IMG/VR virus record: IMGVR_UViG_3300027983_002388 | Strand: one strand, 5' to 3' | Source of the DNA: a virus | Lineage: Duplodnaviria; Caudoviricetes | Length of the DNA: 64,000 nt | Part shown: piece by piece, positions 38,468-46,998 of the stretch | How positions within the stretch are numbered: position 1 is the first letter of the stretch | Layout: every line of letters starts with the position of its first letter | The notes under the pieces: model-generated | The model's input: only the letters and a program-made list of their open reading frames with translations | Databases searched by the model: none | Told to the model about the DNA's origin: nothing | Translations under genes and position numbers: made by a program

Positions 38468-38722
38468 ATGCGTTTCCGAAAGTTCGATGATTTTTTGAAA
38501 GAGCGAGAGGTCAGTGAGTCCTACAGTGGCTCGTTGAATCGCACCGCTTTGGACTACGACAAGAAACTTGCGCAGTTCAATGCTCGTTTTGATGACCCAA
38601 AGCAGGGTGATGAGATCGTCAGGGCTGCGGGATACAAAAGCGTGGGAGCCTTCGTTACTGACCCAGATCAGAAGAAATGGTCGAGACTGAAGATTCCTGG
38701 TCAGCAAAATTACGTCCGATGA
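38468..38722 (+). CDS. small hypothetical protein
   Basis: Begins MRFRKFDDFLKERE. Confidence 0.55.
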   Translation: MRFRKFDDFLKEREVSESYSGSLNRTALDYDKKLAQFNARFDDPKQGDEIVRAAGYKSVGAFVTDPDQKKWSRLKIPGQQNYVR

Positions 38723-38724
38723 GC

Positions 38725-38753
38725 TTTACAAAGGTGAATCGGAGTGGTAGAAT
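38725..38753 (+). promoter_or_regulatory. sigma70-like promoter for the tmRNA
   Basis: TTTACA-N17-TAGAAT with extended -10 TG. Confidence 0.7.
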
Positions 38754-38899
38754 GATTGTACCTGACCGAAGGATGCTTGGTCCGAAAGGCCCTTTTCTTA
38801 GCGTACAGGCCCGCTTCCGAAGGTGAAATGATCGAAACGCTGGTTAACCAATCTCCAGATTTCGGCTTTCACTGAATTGGTTGTGAAAAATTGGTACAA

Positions 38900-39275
38900 G
38901 GGGCCGTCCCGGTTTCGACGGCGGTGGATGAGGTTAGAGTGGCACGCAGACGTTGATCGAAAGGCGTCTCAAAAATTCGATCAAGCCTTAACTGGCGAAA
39001 CTGTTAAGTTCCCAAGTGCTGCTCCGGCAGCACTTGCTGCCTAAGCAATTAGGCACTGACTGAGAAAGCGCCGCAAGTAGCGTTCAAAAGTCAGCCGCAA
39101 AATCTTGCTGGTCTGAAGGTGGGCGACTTACCTGAAGACGAGAAAATAGGTCGATAAGGCTGATGGACCTTTGCTCGGAGTGGTCCCGAAAGCCCGACAA
39201 ATGAACAAAGAGACAAGCGTGTAGAGGCTTTAATTTTGTTATCGCCACACAGGGGTTCGACTCCCCTCGGCTCCA
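38900..39275 (+). ncRNA. ssrA: tmRNA; tag peptide (A)GETVKFPSAAPAALAA
   Basis: 5' GGGGCCG pairs with 3' CGGCTCC with G3.U70; T-arm GGGGTTCGACTCCCC; resume codon GGC 38994 after TAACT; tag ends LAA-TAA at 39044; CCA not encoded. Confidence 0.92.
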
Positions 39276-39289
39276 TTAAAATTCGCATG

Positions 39290-39323
39290 ACCTCCACTAC
39301 TATAATGGTAGTGGAGGTTTTTT
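39290..39323 (+). terminator. tmRNA terminator
   Basis: ACCTCCACTAC-TATAATG-GTAGTGGAGGT plus T tract. Confidence 0.8.
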
Positions 39324-39458
39324 ATGCTTGTGTATTGTTGTGTGTGCAGAAAAGAGTTTGAAAGACTCAATCTTGAAGACCTAAAGCAACAATGGGATTC
39401 CCAGAAGGGAAGAAGTTCTTCGAGAATTTGCAAAAGCCGTTATGAAACGCTGAGATGA
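39324..39458 (+). CDS. possible 44-aa peptide
   Basis: GGAGG (inside the terminator stem) 6 nt before ATG; MLVYCCVCRKEF... Confidence 0.3.
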   Translation: MLVYCCVCRKEFERLNLEDLKQQWDSQKGRSSSRICKSRYETLR

Positions 39459-39472
39459 TCTTTTTTTTTGCT

Positions 39473-39501
39473 AATAGCCCGCTCTTTGAGCGGGCTATTT
39501 T
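39473..39501. terminator. intrinsic terminator, possibly bidirectional
   Basis: AATAGCCCGCTC-TTT-GAGCGGGCTATT with flanking T tracts. Confidence 0.75.
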
Positions 39502-39551
39502 CATTTCATGGGCTTGTTTTTCATACATACCACTACATCAAGGAGGCATGT

Positions 39552-40205
39552 ATGTCATTTAACAATATTGATCGTGGAGGATATGTTCCACCATCTGTAA
39601 AAAAGCAACAAGACCATCAGCGGGCTAAGTTGGCGAAAGACTTCAAAAATAGAACTGTATTTTTGGAAACAAAAATAGAGTCAGGAGCCGTTAATAAAAC
39701 AGTTGCCAAAAAGAATTCTTTGTTGACTCCCAAGAAGCCTGATATGGTTTGGAAAGAAGGTGCTTATTTGGCATCTTCTGCTGTGGAACAGCAAGAGCAT
39801 GATAGAAAGAAAATAGGCGACGTGCCGGTGGTCATTAAGAAACCGGCAAATATACAACCAATGATCTTTGAAGAAAAACCCGTGGTTTATTCTGATAAGG
39901 TGCAAAACTTGATCTTGCCGACCAAGGTGGCTCGCAAGATTGTCAAGTCTGTAGTTTTGTTGACTGGCAGTAAGCCAGAGTATGAAATTGGACAACAGTA
40001 TCTAGCAGATTGTGGAATGGATACAAGTTGGGTTTTCAAATGCCCTCCAGAGAAGGAACTCCCAATTTGTGTTGATAATGAATCAGATGGTGCATGGGTT
40101 CCGTTTATAGTCCTGTACCGTGTTGATTATTTTGAATGTAAGTATGTGAAAGAACACGGTCTGGGCAGAGAGTTCAGTCAAGGCCACGGAGTAGCATACA
40201 ACTAA
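39552..40205 (+). CDS. hypothetical protein
   Basis: AGGAGG SD before ATG 39552. Confidence 0.6.
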   Translation: MSFNNIDRGGYVPPSVKKQQDHQRAKLAKDFKNRTVFLETKIESGAVNKTVAKKNSLLTPKKPDMVWKEGAYLASSAVEQQEHDRKKIGDVPVVIKKPANIQPMIFEEKPVVYSDKVQNLILPTKVARKIVKSVVLLTGSKPEYEIGQQYLADCGMDTSWVFKCPPEKELPICVDNESDGAWVPFIVLYRVDYFECKYVKEHGLGREFSQGHGVAYN

Positions 40206-40215
40206 TGGGAAATAA

Positions 40216-42303
40216 ATGCCAAATACGATAAGAACCGAAGCTGAACTGTTAGCCCTGTTTATTGACAATAATCAGGGTCTAATTAACGCACAAGACATGC
40301 GTGACTTCGTGGTTTCTTCTCGTGTTGGACAAAACTATCCAGGACCACGAGGCCATCAAGGATCGCCTGGAACAGTTGGTGGTCAAGGACCGCAAGGTCG
40401 AATTGGACCACAAGGCGCTCAAGGCGAAGGATCGACAGTTCAAGGGCCGACAGGAGTTCAAGGGCCGACAGGAGTTCAGGGACATCAAGGAGTTCAAGGC
40501 GCAGGTTTTCAGGGAGTTGTTGGCGAACAAGGTCCACAAGGACTAGCAGGAGTTCAAGGAGTTCAAGGAAATCAAGGAGTTCAAGGCGCAGGTTTTCAGG
40601 GAGTTGTTGGCGAACAAGGTCCACAAGGACTAGCAGGAGTTCAAGGAGTTCAAGGCGCAGGTTTTCAGGGAGTTGTTGGCGAACAAGGTCCACAAGGACT
40701 AGCAGGAGTTCAAGGAGTTCAAGGAAATCAAGGGTTCATTGGTTTTCAAGGACTGGCGGGCGTTGATGGGAATCAAGGAAGCCAAGGACTTACTGGCTCT
40801 CAAGGTGATGTTGGTTTTCAAGGACTGGCGGGCATTGATGGAAACCAAGGAAACCAAGGACTTACTGGCTCTCAAGGTGATGTTGGTTTTCAAGGACTGG
40901 CGGGCATTGATGGAAACCAAGGAAACCAAGGACTTACTGGCTCTCAAGGCGATGTTGGTTCTCAAGGACTGGCGGGCATTGATGGAAACCAAGGAAACCA
41001 AGGAAACCAAGGACTTACTGGCTCTCAAGGCGATGTTGGTTTTCAAGGACTGGCGGGCATTGATGGAAACCAAGGAAACCAAGGAAACCAAGGACTTACT
41101 GGCTCTCAAGGTGATGTTGGTTTTCAAGGACTGGCGGGCATTGATGGAAACCAAGGACTTACCGGCTTTCAAGGCGATGTTGGTTTTCAAGGACTGGCGG
41201 GCATTGATGGAAACCAAGGACTTACCGGCTTTCAAGGCGATGTTGGTTTTCAAGGACTGGCGGGCGTTGATGGGAATCAAGGAAACCAAGGACTTACCGG
41301 CTTTCAAGGACTGGCGGGCATTGATGGAAACCAAGGAAACCAAGGACTTACCGGCTTTCAAGGCGATGTTGGTTTTCAGGGCAATCAAGGCGATGTTGGT
41401 TTTCAGGGCAATCAAGGCGATGTTGGTCTTCAGGGCAATCAAGGCGATGTTGGTCTTCAGGGCAATCAAGGCGATGTTGGTCTTCAGGGCAATCAAGGTT
41501 TTCAAGGCAGTGATGCTTCCGTTTCTTATACAAACGCTGCGACCACCCCTTCTACGATTGGTGGCATCCCTTCAGGATCAACATTTAACTCTCGAACTAT
41601 GCAACAAATGTGGGATTCTCTCTTGTATCCATATCAATCTCCTGCTTTTTCTTCATTTACGATGTCTGGTCAAACCACCAGTGTAGAAGTCGGCGTCACT
41701 ATATCAGGGACTAAAACATTTACATGGGCAACAACTAATTCCAGCAATATAAACGTCAATACAATATTGATTTCAGATGTTACAAATAGTGTGACTTTGG
41801 TGTCTGGTTCAGCAAATGATGGAACGGAAGCAATTGCTTTGCCTACGGCCATTCAAAAGACGAGTCAGGCATCTCATCAATGGAGTATTAGAGGCACCAA
41901 CAGCAATTCAGTGAATTTCTTGGCGACATTCACTGTGTCATGGTTCTGGCAAAGATATTATGGACCAAGTACAAACACTACTCTCACCGAGGCTGATATA
42001 GAAGCCTTGACGAATAGTGGATTGGCAAGCGGATACAGTGGAACTTTTGCATATGCCGGAGGCGGTTATAAGTTCTTTTGTTTTCCCACTTCATTCGGCT
42101 CTCCAGCATCCTTTAAAGATGCGGCTACTAACTTAAATGTGGCTATGGCAAGTAGTTCAGATGATGCTTTTTTTTCAAATACAGCCAATAGTTTGTCTTA
42201 CGGTCTGGTATCTGTCACGAATGCTTTTAGTCAAACGACTAATTATCGTGTTTACCGTTCTAAGAACATTCTTGGCGGGGCCATCTCGATAATAGTGGCG
42301 TAA
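40216..42303 (+). CDS. collagen-like fibre protein
   Basis: Long G-X-Y tract (GDVGFQGLAGIDGNQ units) followed by a beta-rich C-terminal domain. Confidence 0.8.
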   Translation: MPNTIRTEAELLALFIDNNQGLINAQDMRDFVVSSRVGQNYPGPRGHQGSPGTVGGQGPQGRIGPQGAQGEGSTVQGPTGVQGPTGVQGHQGVQGAGFQGVVGEQGPQGLAGVQGVQGNQGVQGAGFQGVVGEQGPQGLAGVQGVQGAGFQGVVGEQGPQGLAGVQGVQGNQGFIGFQGLAGVDGNQGSQGLTGSQGDVGFQGLAGIDGNQGNQGLTGSQGDVGFQGLAGIDGNQGNQGLTGSQGDVGSQGLAGIDGNQGNQGNQGLTGSQGDVGFQGLAGIDGNQGNQGNQGLTGSQGDVGFQGLAGIDGNQGLTGFQGDVGFQGLAGIDGNQGLTGFQGDVGFQGLAGVDGNQGNQGLTGFQGLAGIDGNQGNQGLTGFQGDVGFQGNQGDVGFQGNQGDVGLQGNQGDVGLQGNQGDVGLQGNQGFQGSDASVSYTNAATTPSTIGGIPSGSTFNSRTMQQMWDSLLYPYQSPAFSSFTMSGQTTSVEVGVTISGTKTFTWATTNSSNINVNTILISDVTNSVTLVSGSANDGTEAIALPTAIQKTSQASHQWSIRGTNSNSVNFLATFTVSWFWQRYYGPSTNTTLTEADIEALTNSGLASGYSGTFAYAGGGYKFFCFPTSFGSPASFKDAATNLNVAMASSSDDAFFSNTANSLSYGLVSVTNAFSQTTNYRVYRSKNILGGAISIIVA

Positions 42304-42315
42304 GGATAAAATGTA

Positions 42316-42810
42316 ATGCCAGCGATTCCAGGCTCAGTAAGCGTAACGGGCATTTTAGCCCCAACAGATACGACTGACACATATGCTGTAACCGATCCGG
42401 GCTACGGTATTGATGGCTTACGTTCTGTTGCGGACCTAACTGCCCGAAATGCCATTCCTGATGATCGTCGCCGATTTGGCATGTTGGTGTTCACTCAATC
42501 CGATCAGATGTATTGGACGCTGAAAGTTGGACCCTGGGCAGGAACCAATGCCGACTGGACCGCACTTACGCTTTCTGCCAGTACAACAGTCGCCTATAGA
42601 CGAACATTTACAGATGTAGACTTATCGGCGGGCATTTTGTCAGTCACTCATAGTCTTAATCAAAAGTACGTCAGCGTAACAATTTACGACGATAATGATA
42701 AACAAATAATACCAAGCGAGGTATTTCTCCAAAATACAACACAGCTTCAGATTGATTTCACTGGATTTGGCACGATTTCAGGAACCTGGAATATTGTTGT
42801 GATTGGTTGA
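42316..42810 (+). CDS. fibre-associated protein with the shared C-terminal module, no collagen
   Basis: SVADLTARNAI region plus FT...L....THSL...IYD....IP...IDFTG....GTW module. Confidence 0.65.
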   Translation: MPAIPGSVSVTGILAPTDTTDTYAVTDPGYGIDGLRSVADLTARNAIPDDRRRFGMLVFTQSDQMYWTLKVGPWAGTNADWTALTLSASTTVAYRRTFTDVDLSAGILSVTHSLNQKYVSVTIYDDNDKQIIPSEVFLQNTTQLQIDFTGFGTISGTWNIVVIG

Positions 42811-42860
42811 TGAATACAATTTTGAATTTGTGCTTTTTGAACAGTCAAGTAGTACATACG

Positions 42861-42898
42861 ACTACACAACTACACAACTACACACAACTACACACAAC
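42861..42898. repeat. intergenic tandem repeat
   Basis: ACTACACA x2, ACTACACACA x2, then AC. Confidence 0.85.
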
Positions 42899-42952
42899 CT
42901 ATGTAGATGTGAAAAGGGCGAGGCAGTCCGACAATGTTAAAGAGGTAATAGA

Positions 42953-44347
42953 ATGCCAAATATGATCCACGGTCTGATAGACGCAAAATACATTGAGTAC
43001 ATTCTCCACGGTTCGGACTCGACAGTTTACGACGTTGGCACTGGTGCATCCGTTGCGCTTAGTATTGCCAGCTATTCAGTCGGCGGCAATACTCTCAAAG
43101 ATGGTGTCTTCATTTATGTTGGCGGCTCTGGCGGTTCTTGCAATATCACCAGCATCACAGGTGCCGAAGCCGGTCAGTATTTGATTCTGAAAAGAGGAAC
43201 AAGCTCGACCAGAACAATTACGCTCAATGAATCCGGTGGCAGCATTAAGCTAAATGGCACAGCAACCACTTATGATCTGGCAGATGGACCAGCTTGTTTA
43301 TTATACAACGGTACAAATTGGACAGAAGTTTACAGAAAGTCCGGTTCTCAGGGACCACAGGGCAACCAGGGCAATCAAGGATCGCAAGGAAATCAGGGCA
43401 ATCAAGGAAATCAGGGAAATCAAGGAAATCAGGGAAATCAAGGCGTTCAAGGTCCACAAGGTCCGAATCCGGGTGAAGTTGGAGGAGGACAACAAGGATA
43501 CCAAGGGAATCAGGGTAATCAAGGAACACAGGGATTCCAAGGTAATCAGGGAAATCAAGGCAATCAAGGTCATCAAGGTTTTGCAGGAAATCAGGGCGTA
43601 CAAGGAACTCAAGGCGTACAAGGAAACCAGGGCGCACAAGGTCGTCAAGGCAACCAGGGGAACCAAGGTTTTGTAGGAAACCAGGGAAACCAAGGCGCAC
43701 AAGGAAACCAGGGCAATCAAGGAAATCAAGGTTTCGTTGGTAATCAGGGAGTACAGGGCGCACAAGGTCGTCAAGGCAACCAGGGGAACCAAGGTTTTGT
43801 AGGAAACCAAGGTTTTGTAGGAAACCAGGGAAATCAGGGCAACCAAGGTACTCAGGGTTTCCAAGGCTCACAAGGCAACCAGGGCAACCAAGGTACTCAA
43901 GGCTTACAAGGCAACCAAGGAAACCAAGGCAACCAAGGTACTCAAGGCTTCCAAGGCAACCAAGGAAACCAAGGCAACCAAGGAACGCAAGGTTTCCAAG
44001 GCAACCAAGGAAACCAGGGCAACCAAGGCAATATAGGTTTCCAAGGAAGTTCGCCACAGGGGCAACAAGGCAATCAGGGCAACCAAGGATCGCAGGGCAA
44101 CCAAGGGTTCGTCGGAGCGTTTTTATCGAAGGCGACTGGCACTTTTACGAGTGCAAACTTGACAGCAAACGTATTGACGATCACCCACAATTTATCCATA
44201 TCTGTTCCTTTGATTATTCAGATTTATGACAACGGCACAAATATGGTAATTCCTACTGAATACACATATGTCAACAGCAACTCGTGTACAGTTGATTTTA
44301 CCGGCTTTACGGTAACTGGCACTTGGTCTTGGATTTTGGTGTACTAA
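42953..44347 (+). CDS. collagen-like fibre protein (GNQ repeats)
   Basis: Beta-rich N-domain, (QGN) G-X-Y tract and shared C-terminal module. Confidence 0.8.
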   Translation: MPNMIHGLIDAKYIEYILHGSDSTVYDVGTGASVALSIASYSVGGNTLKDGVFIYVGGSGGSCNITSITGAEAGQYLILKRGTSSTRTITLNESGGSIKLNGTATTYDLADGPACLLYNGTNWTEVYRKSGSQGPQGNQGNQGSQGNQGNQGNQGNQGNQGNQGVQGPQGPNPGEVGGGQQGYQGNQGNQGTQGFQGNQGNQGNQGHQGFAGNQGVQGTQGVQGNQGAQGRQGNQGNQGFVGNQGNQGAQGNQGNQGNQGFVGNQGVQGAQGRQGNQGNQGFVGNQGFVGNQGNQGNQGTQGFQGSQGNQGNQGTQGLQGNQGNQGNQGTQGFQGNQGNQGNQGTQGFQGNQGNQGNQGNIGFQGSSPQGQQGNQGNQGSQGNQGFVGAFLSKATGTFTSANLTANVLTITHNLSISVPLIIQIYDNGTNMVIPTEYTYVNSNSCTVDFTGFTVTGTWSWILVY

Positions 44348-44362
44348 GGAGCAAGATAAACA

Positions 44363-45676
44363 ATGAAAACAGGTAAAATAACATCGGCTACGTTTGTCAA
44401 CCCTTCTTGGGGTACAACAACGATTGCCAGCAATATCATTAGCTCCTTGGTTGGATCGCACTATACCGTTACGCCTAGTGGTGGTGTCGGGACATCAGAT
44501 ACACTTACAACGATCAACTATACTTCTCTCCAAGATGGGCAGTTATTGGTTCTTCGAGCTAACGGCACATCATCTTCGATTACTTTGACATCGGCAGGCA
44601 ATATTGCCACATTGTCTCCGATAGTCATGACTGAATTTGTTAGTGTTTATTTGATTTACAATAGCACAGCAACCAAATGGTATGTTGCAGGTCGTCAAGG
44701 TTATCAAGGAAATCAAGGCAATCAGGGCAATCAAGGATCACAAGGAAATCAGGGCAATCAAGGATCACAAGGAAATCAGGGCAATCAAGGAAATCAAGGT
44801 TTTCAAGGTTTTCAGGGCGATAGAGGTTTCCAAGGAAACCAGGGTTTAGTGGGAAATCAGGGCGTACAAGGAACTCAAGGAGCACAAGGAAATCAGGGCA
44901 ACCAAGGTGTACAAGGAAATCAAGGCAACCAAGGTTTTGTAGGAAACCAAGGAAATCAAGGTCGCCAGGGAAATCAGGGCAACCAAGGAACACAAGGTTT
45001 CCAAGGCAACCAAGGTTTCGTTGGAAATCAAGGCAACCAGGGATCACAAGGTAATCAGGGCGTTCAAGGATCACAAGGCAACCAAGGTTTCCAGGGAAAT
45101 CAGGGCAACCAAGGTACGCAAGGCTTCCAAGGCTCACAAGGTTTCCAGGGAAACCAAGGCAATCAAGGCTTTGCAGGTAATCAAGGTGTACAAGGAACTC
45201 AGGGCAATCAAGGATTTGTCGGAAATCAGGGCGTACAAGGCACTCAAGGCGCACAAGGCTTTGCAGGCAATCAAGGTGTACAAGGAACTCAGGGCAATCA
45301 AGGATTTGTCGGAAATCAGGGCGTACAAGGCACACAGGGCGCACAAGGAAACCAGGGCGCACAAGGAACTCAAGGATTCCAAGGCAACCTGGGAAATCAG
45401 GGAAATCAAGGCTTTGTTGGAAATCAGGGTAATCAAGGCGCACAGGGTACTGCGATGACTTCAACTTCCTTTACGTTTACCAATGCAAGTCTGTCGGTAG
45501 GAGTTTACACCGCTAATCACAACTCTGGTCGTCAGTATTGGAGCGTAGAAGTGTTCGACAACACCAGCAAGAGAATTTTGCCGGACTTTATTACTTGCAC
45601 AAATACAAACAATTTGGCAATTGATTTGACGACCTACGGAGTAATCACAGGTACATGGACAGCGAGGTTATCATAA
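44363..45676 (+). CDS. collagen-like fibre protein (GNQ repeats)
   Basis: Same three-part architecture; AAGGAG SD. Confidence 0.8.
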   Translation: MKTGKITSATFVNPSWGTTTIASNIISSLVGSHYTVTPSGGVGTSDTLTTINYTSLQDGQLLVLRANGTSSSITLTSAGNIATLSPIVMTEFVSVYLIYNSTATKWYVAGRQGYQGNQGNQGNQGSQGNQGNQGSQGNQGNQGNQGFQGFQGDRGFQGNQGLVGNQGVQGTQGAQGNQGNQGVQGNQGNQGFVGNQGNQGRQGNQGNQGTQGFQGNQGFVGNQGNQGSQGNQGVQGSQGNQGFQGNQGNQGTQGFQGSQGFQGNQGNQGFAGNQGVQGTQGNQGFVGNQGVQGTQGAQGFAGNQGVQGTQGNQGFVGNQGVQGTQGAQGNQGAQGTQGFQGNLGNQGNQGFVGNQGNQGAQGTAMTSTSFTFTNASLSVGVYTANHNSGRQYWSVEVFDNTSKRILPDFITCTNTNNLAIDLTTYGVITGTWTARLS

Positions 45677-45677
45677 T

Positions 45678-46997
45678 ATGAAAATAGGATCATTTCAATT
45701 CGCAGGAACACGTCTAAGAGACGCCTCTACGATTAACCTTACAAATATAAGTACCAGCTTAACTATTGCTGGTTCTTATCATTTGATTACGGTGTCCACT
45801 GGTGCGTGTACTTTAACGAGTATCAATGGTCCTGCTATCGCCGGTACTACTGTTCAATTTATTTTGACTACGGGTTCACAGAACTGTACGTTCAATACTG
45901 GCGGCAACATCACAGATACCGTCACCCTTGCTGCTGGTGGTATGGTTTCTTATATGTACGACGGAACTGCATGGATCATTCTCCATACAGATGGACCACA
46001 AGGCTCTCAAGGCAATCAAGGAGTTCAAGGCTCGCAGGGCAACCAAGGTTTCATTGGAAGGCAAGGCAACCAAGGCCATCAAGGAAATCAAGGAAATCAG
46101 GGATTTCAGGGCGCACAAGGATTCCAAGGCAATCAGGGACGACAAGGCAATCAAGGCAACCAAGGTTTTACAGGAAATCAGGGCAATCAGGGACTACAAG
46201 GCAATCAGGGAAATCAAGGAACTCAAGGTTTTCAAGGTAATCAAGGAAATCAGGGCAACCAAGGCAACCAAGGTTTTGCAGGAAATCAAGGCGTCCAAGG
46301 AACTCAGGGCGCACAAGGAAACCAAGGATTTGTTGGCAACCAAGGAAATCAGGGCAACCAAGGAAACCAAGGCACTCAAGGATTCCAAGGCAATCAAGGC
46401 TTTGCAGGAAACCAAGGCGTACAAGGAACTCAGGGCGCACAAGGAACTCAGGGCGCACAAGGCGTACAAGGAAACCAGGGCAATCAAGGGTTTGTTGGAA
46501 ACCAGGGCAACCAAGGAAACCAGGGAAATCAAGGATTTGTCGGAAACCAGGGTGTACAAGGAAATCAGGGCAATCAAGGATTTGTTGGAAACCAGGGCAA
46601 CCAAGGAAACCAGGGCAATCAAGGATTTGTTGGAAACCAGGGCAACCAAGGCGTTCAAGGTTCACAAGGCTTCCAAGGAAACCAAGGCGCACAAGGAAAC
46701 CAGGGCAATCAAGGAAATCAAGGTTTTGTTGGCAACCAAGGCACGTTTGGTTGGAATTTAGCTGGGTCGATTACTACGTTTACCAATGCCAGTTTATCTT
46801 CTGGTATGTTTTGGGATATACACGAAACGTTCGCTTATACACATAGCCGGTCAGCCGACTGTGCCTTCGTTGTATATGATAACAATAGCATAGAAATCAT
46901 CCCAGCAGCGATTACCCGAACTTCTACGACTCAGGTGACGATAGATTTACAGGGTTACACACCGCTAACGGGGACATGGACATTGGTAGTATTGTAA
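45678..46997 (+). CDS. collagen-like fibre protein (GNQ repeats)
   Basis: Same three-part architecture. Confidence 0.8.
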   Translation: MKIGSFQFAGTRLRDASTINLTNISTSLTIAGSYHLITVSTGACTLTSINGPAIAGTTVQFILTTGSQNCTFNTGGNITDTVTLAAGGMVSYMYDGTAWIILHTDGPQGSQGNQGVQGSQGNQGFIGRQGNQGHQGNQGNQGFQGAQGFQGNQGRQGNQGNQGFTGNQGNQGLQGNQGNQGTQGFQGNQGNQGNQGNQGFAGNQGVQGTQGAQGNQGFVGNQGNQGNQGNQGTQGFQGNQGFAGNQGVQGTQGAQGTQGAQGVQGNQGNQGFVGNQGNQGNQGNQGFVGNQGVQGNQGNQGFVGNQGNQGNQGNQGFVGNQGNQGVQGSQGFQGNQGAQGNQGNQGNQGFVGNQGTFGWNLAGSITTFTNASLSSGMFWDIHETFAYTHSRSADCAFVVYDNNSIEIIPAAITRTSTTQVTIDLQGYTPLTGTWTLVVL

Positions 46998-46998
46998 A

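Noticed and set aside
40380-46740. Repeats as a possible CRISPR array
   Set aside because: They are in-frame G-X-Y coding repeats with no unique spacers, and no cas genes are present.
40279-46761. Many long alternative-frame and antisense ORFs in the collagen genes
   Set aside because: They are by-products of stop-free 9-nt periodic repeats (for example LVALIS and KETKA runs), with no SD or domain signal.
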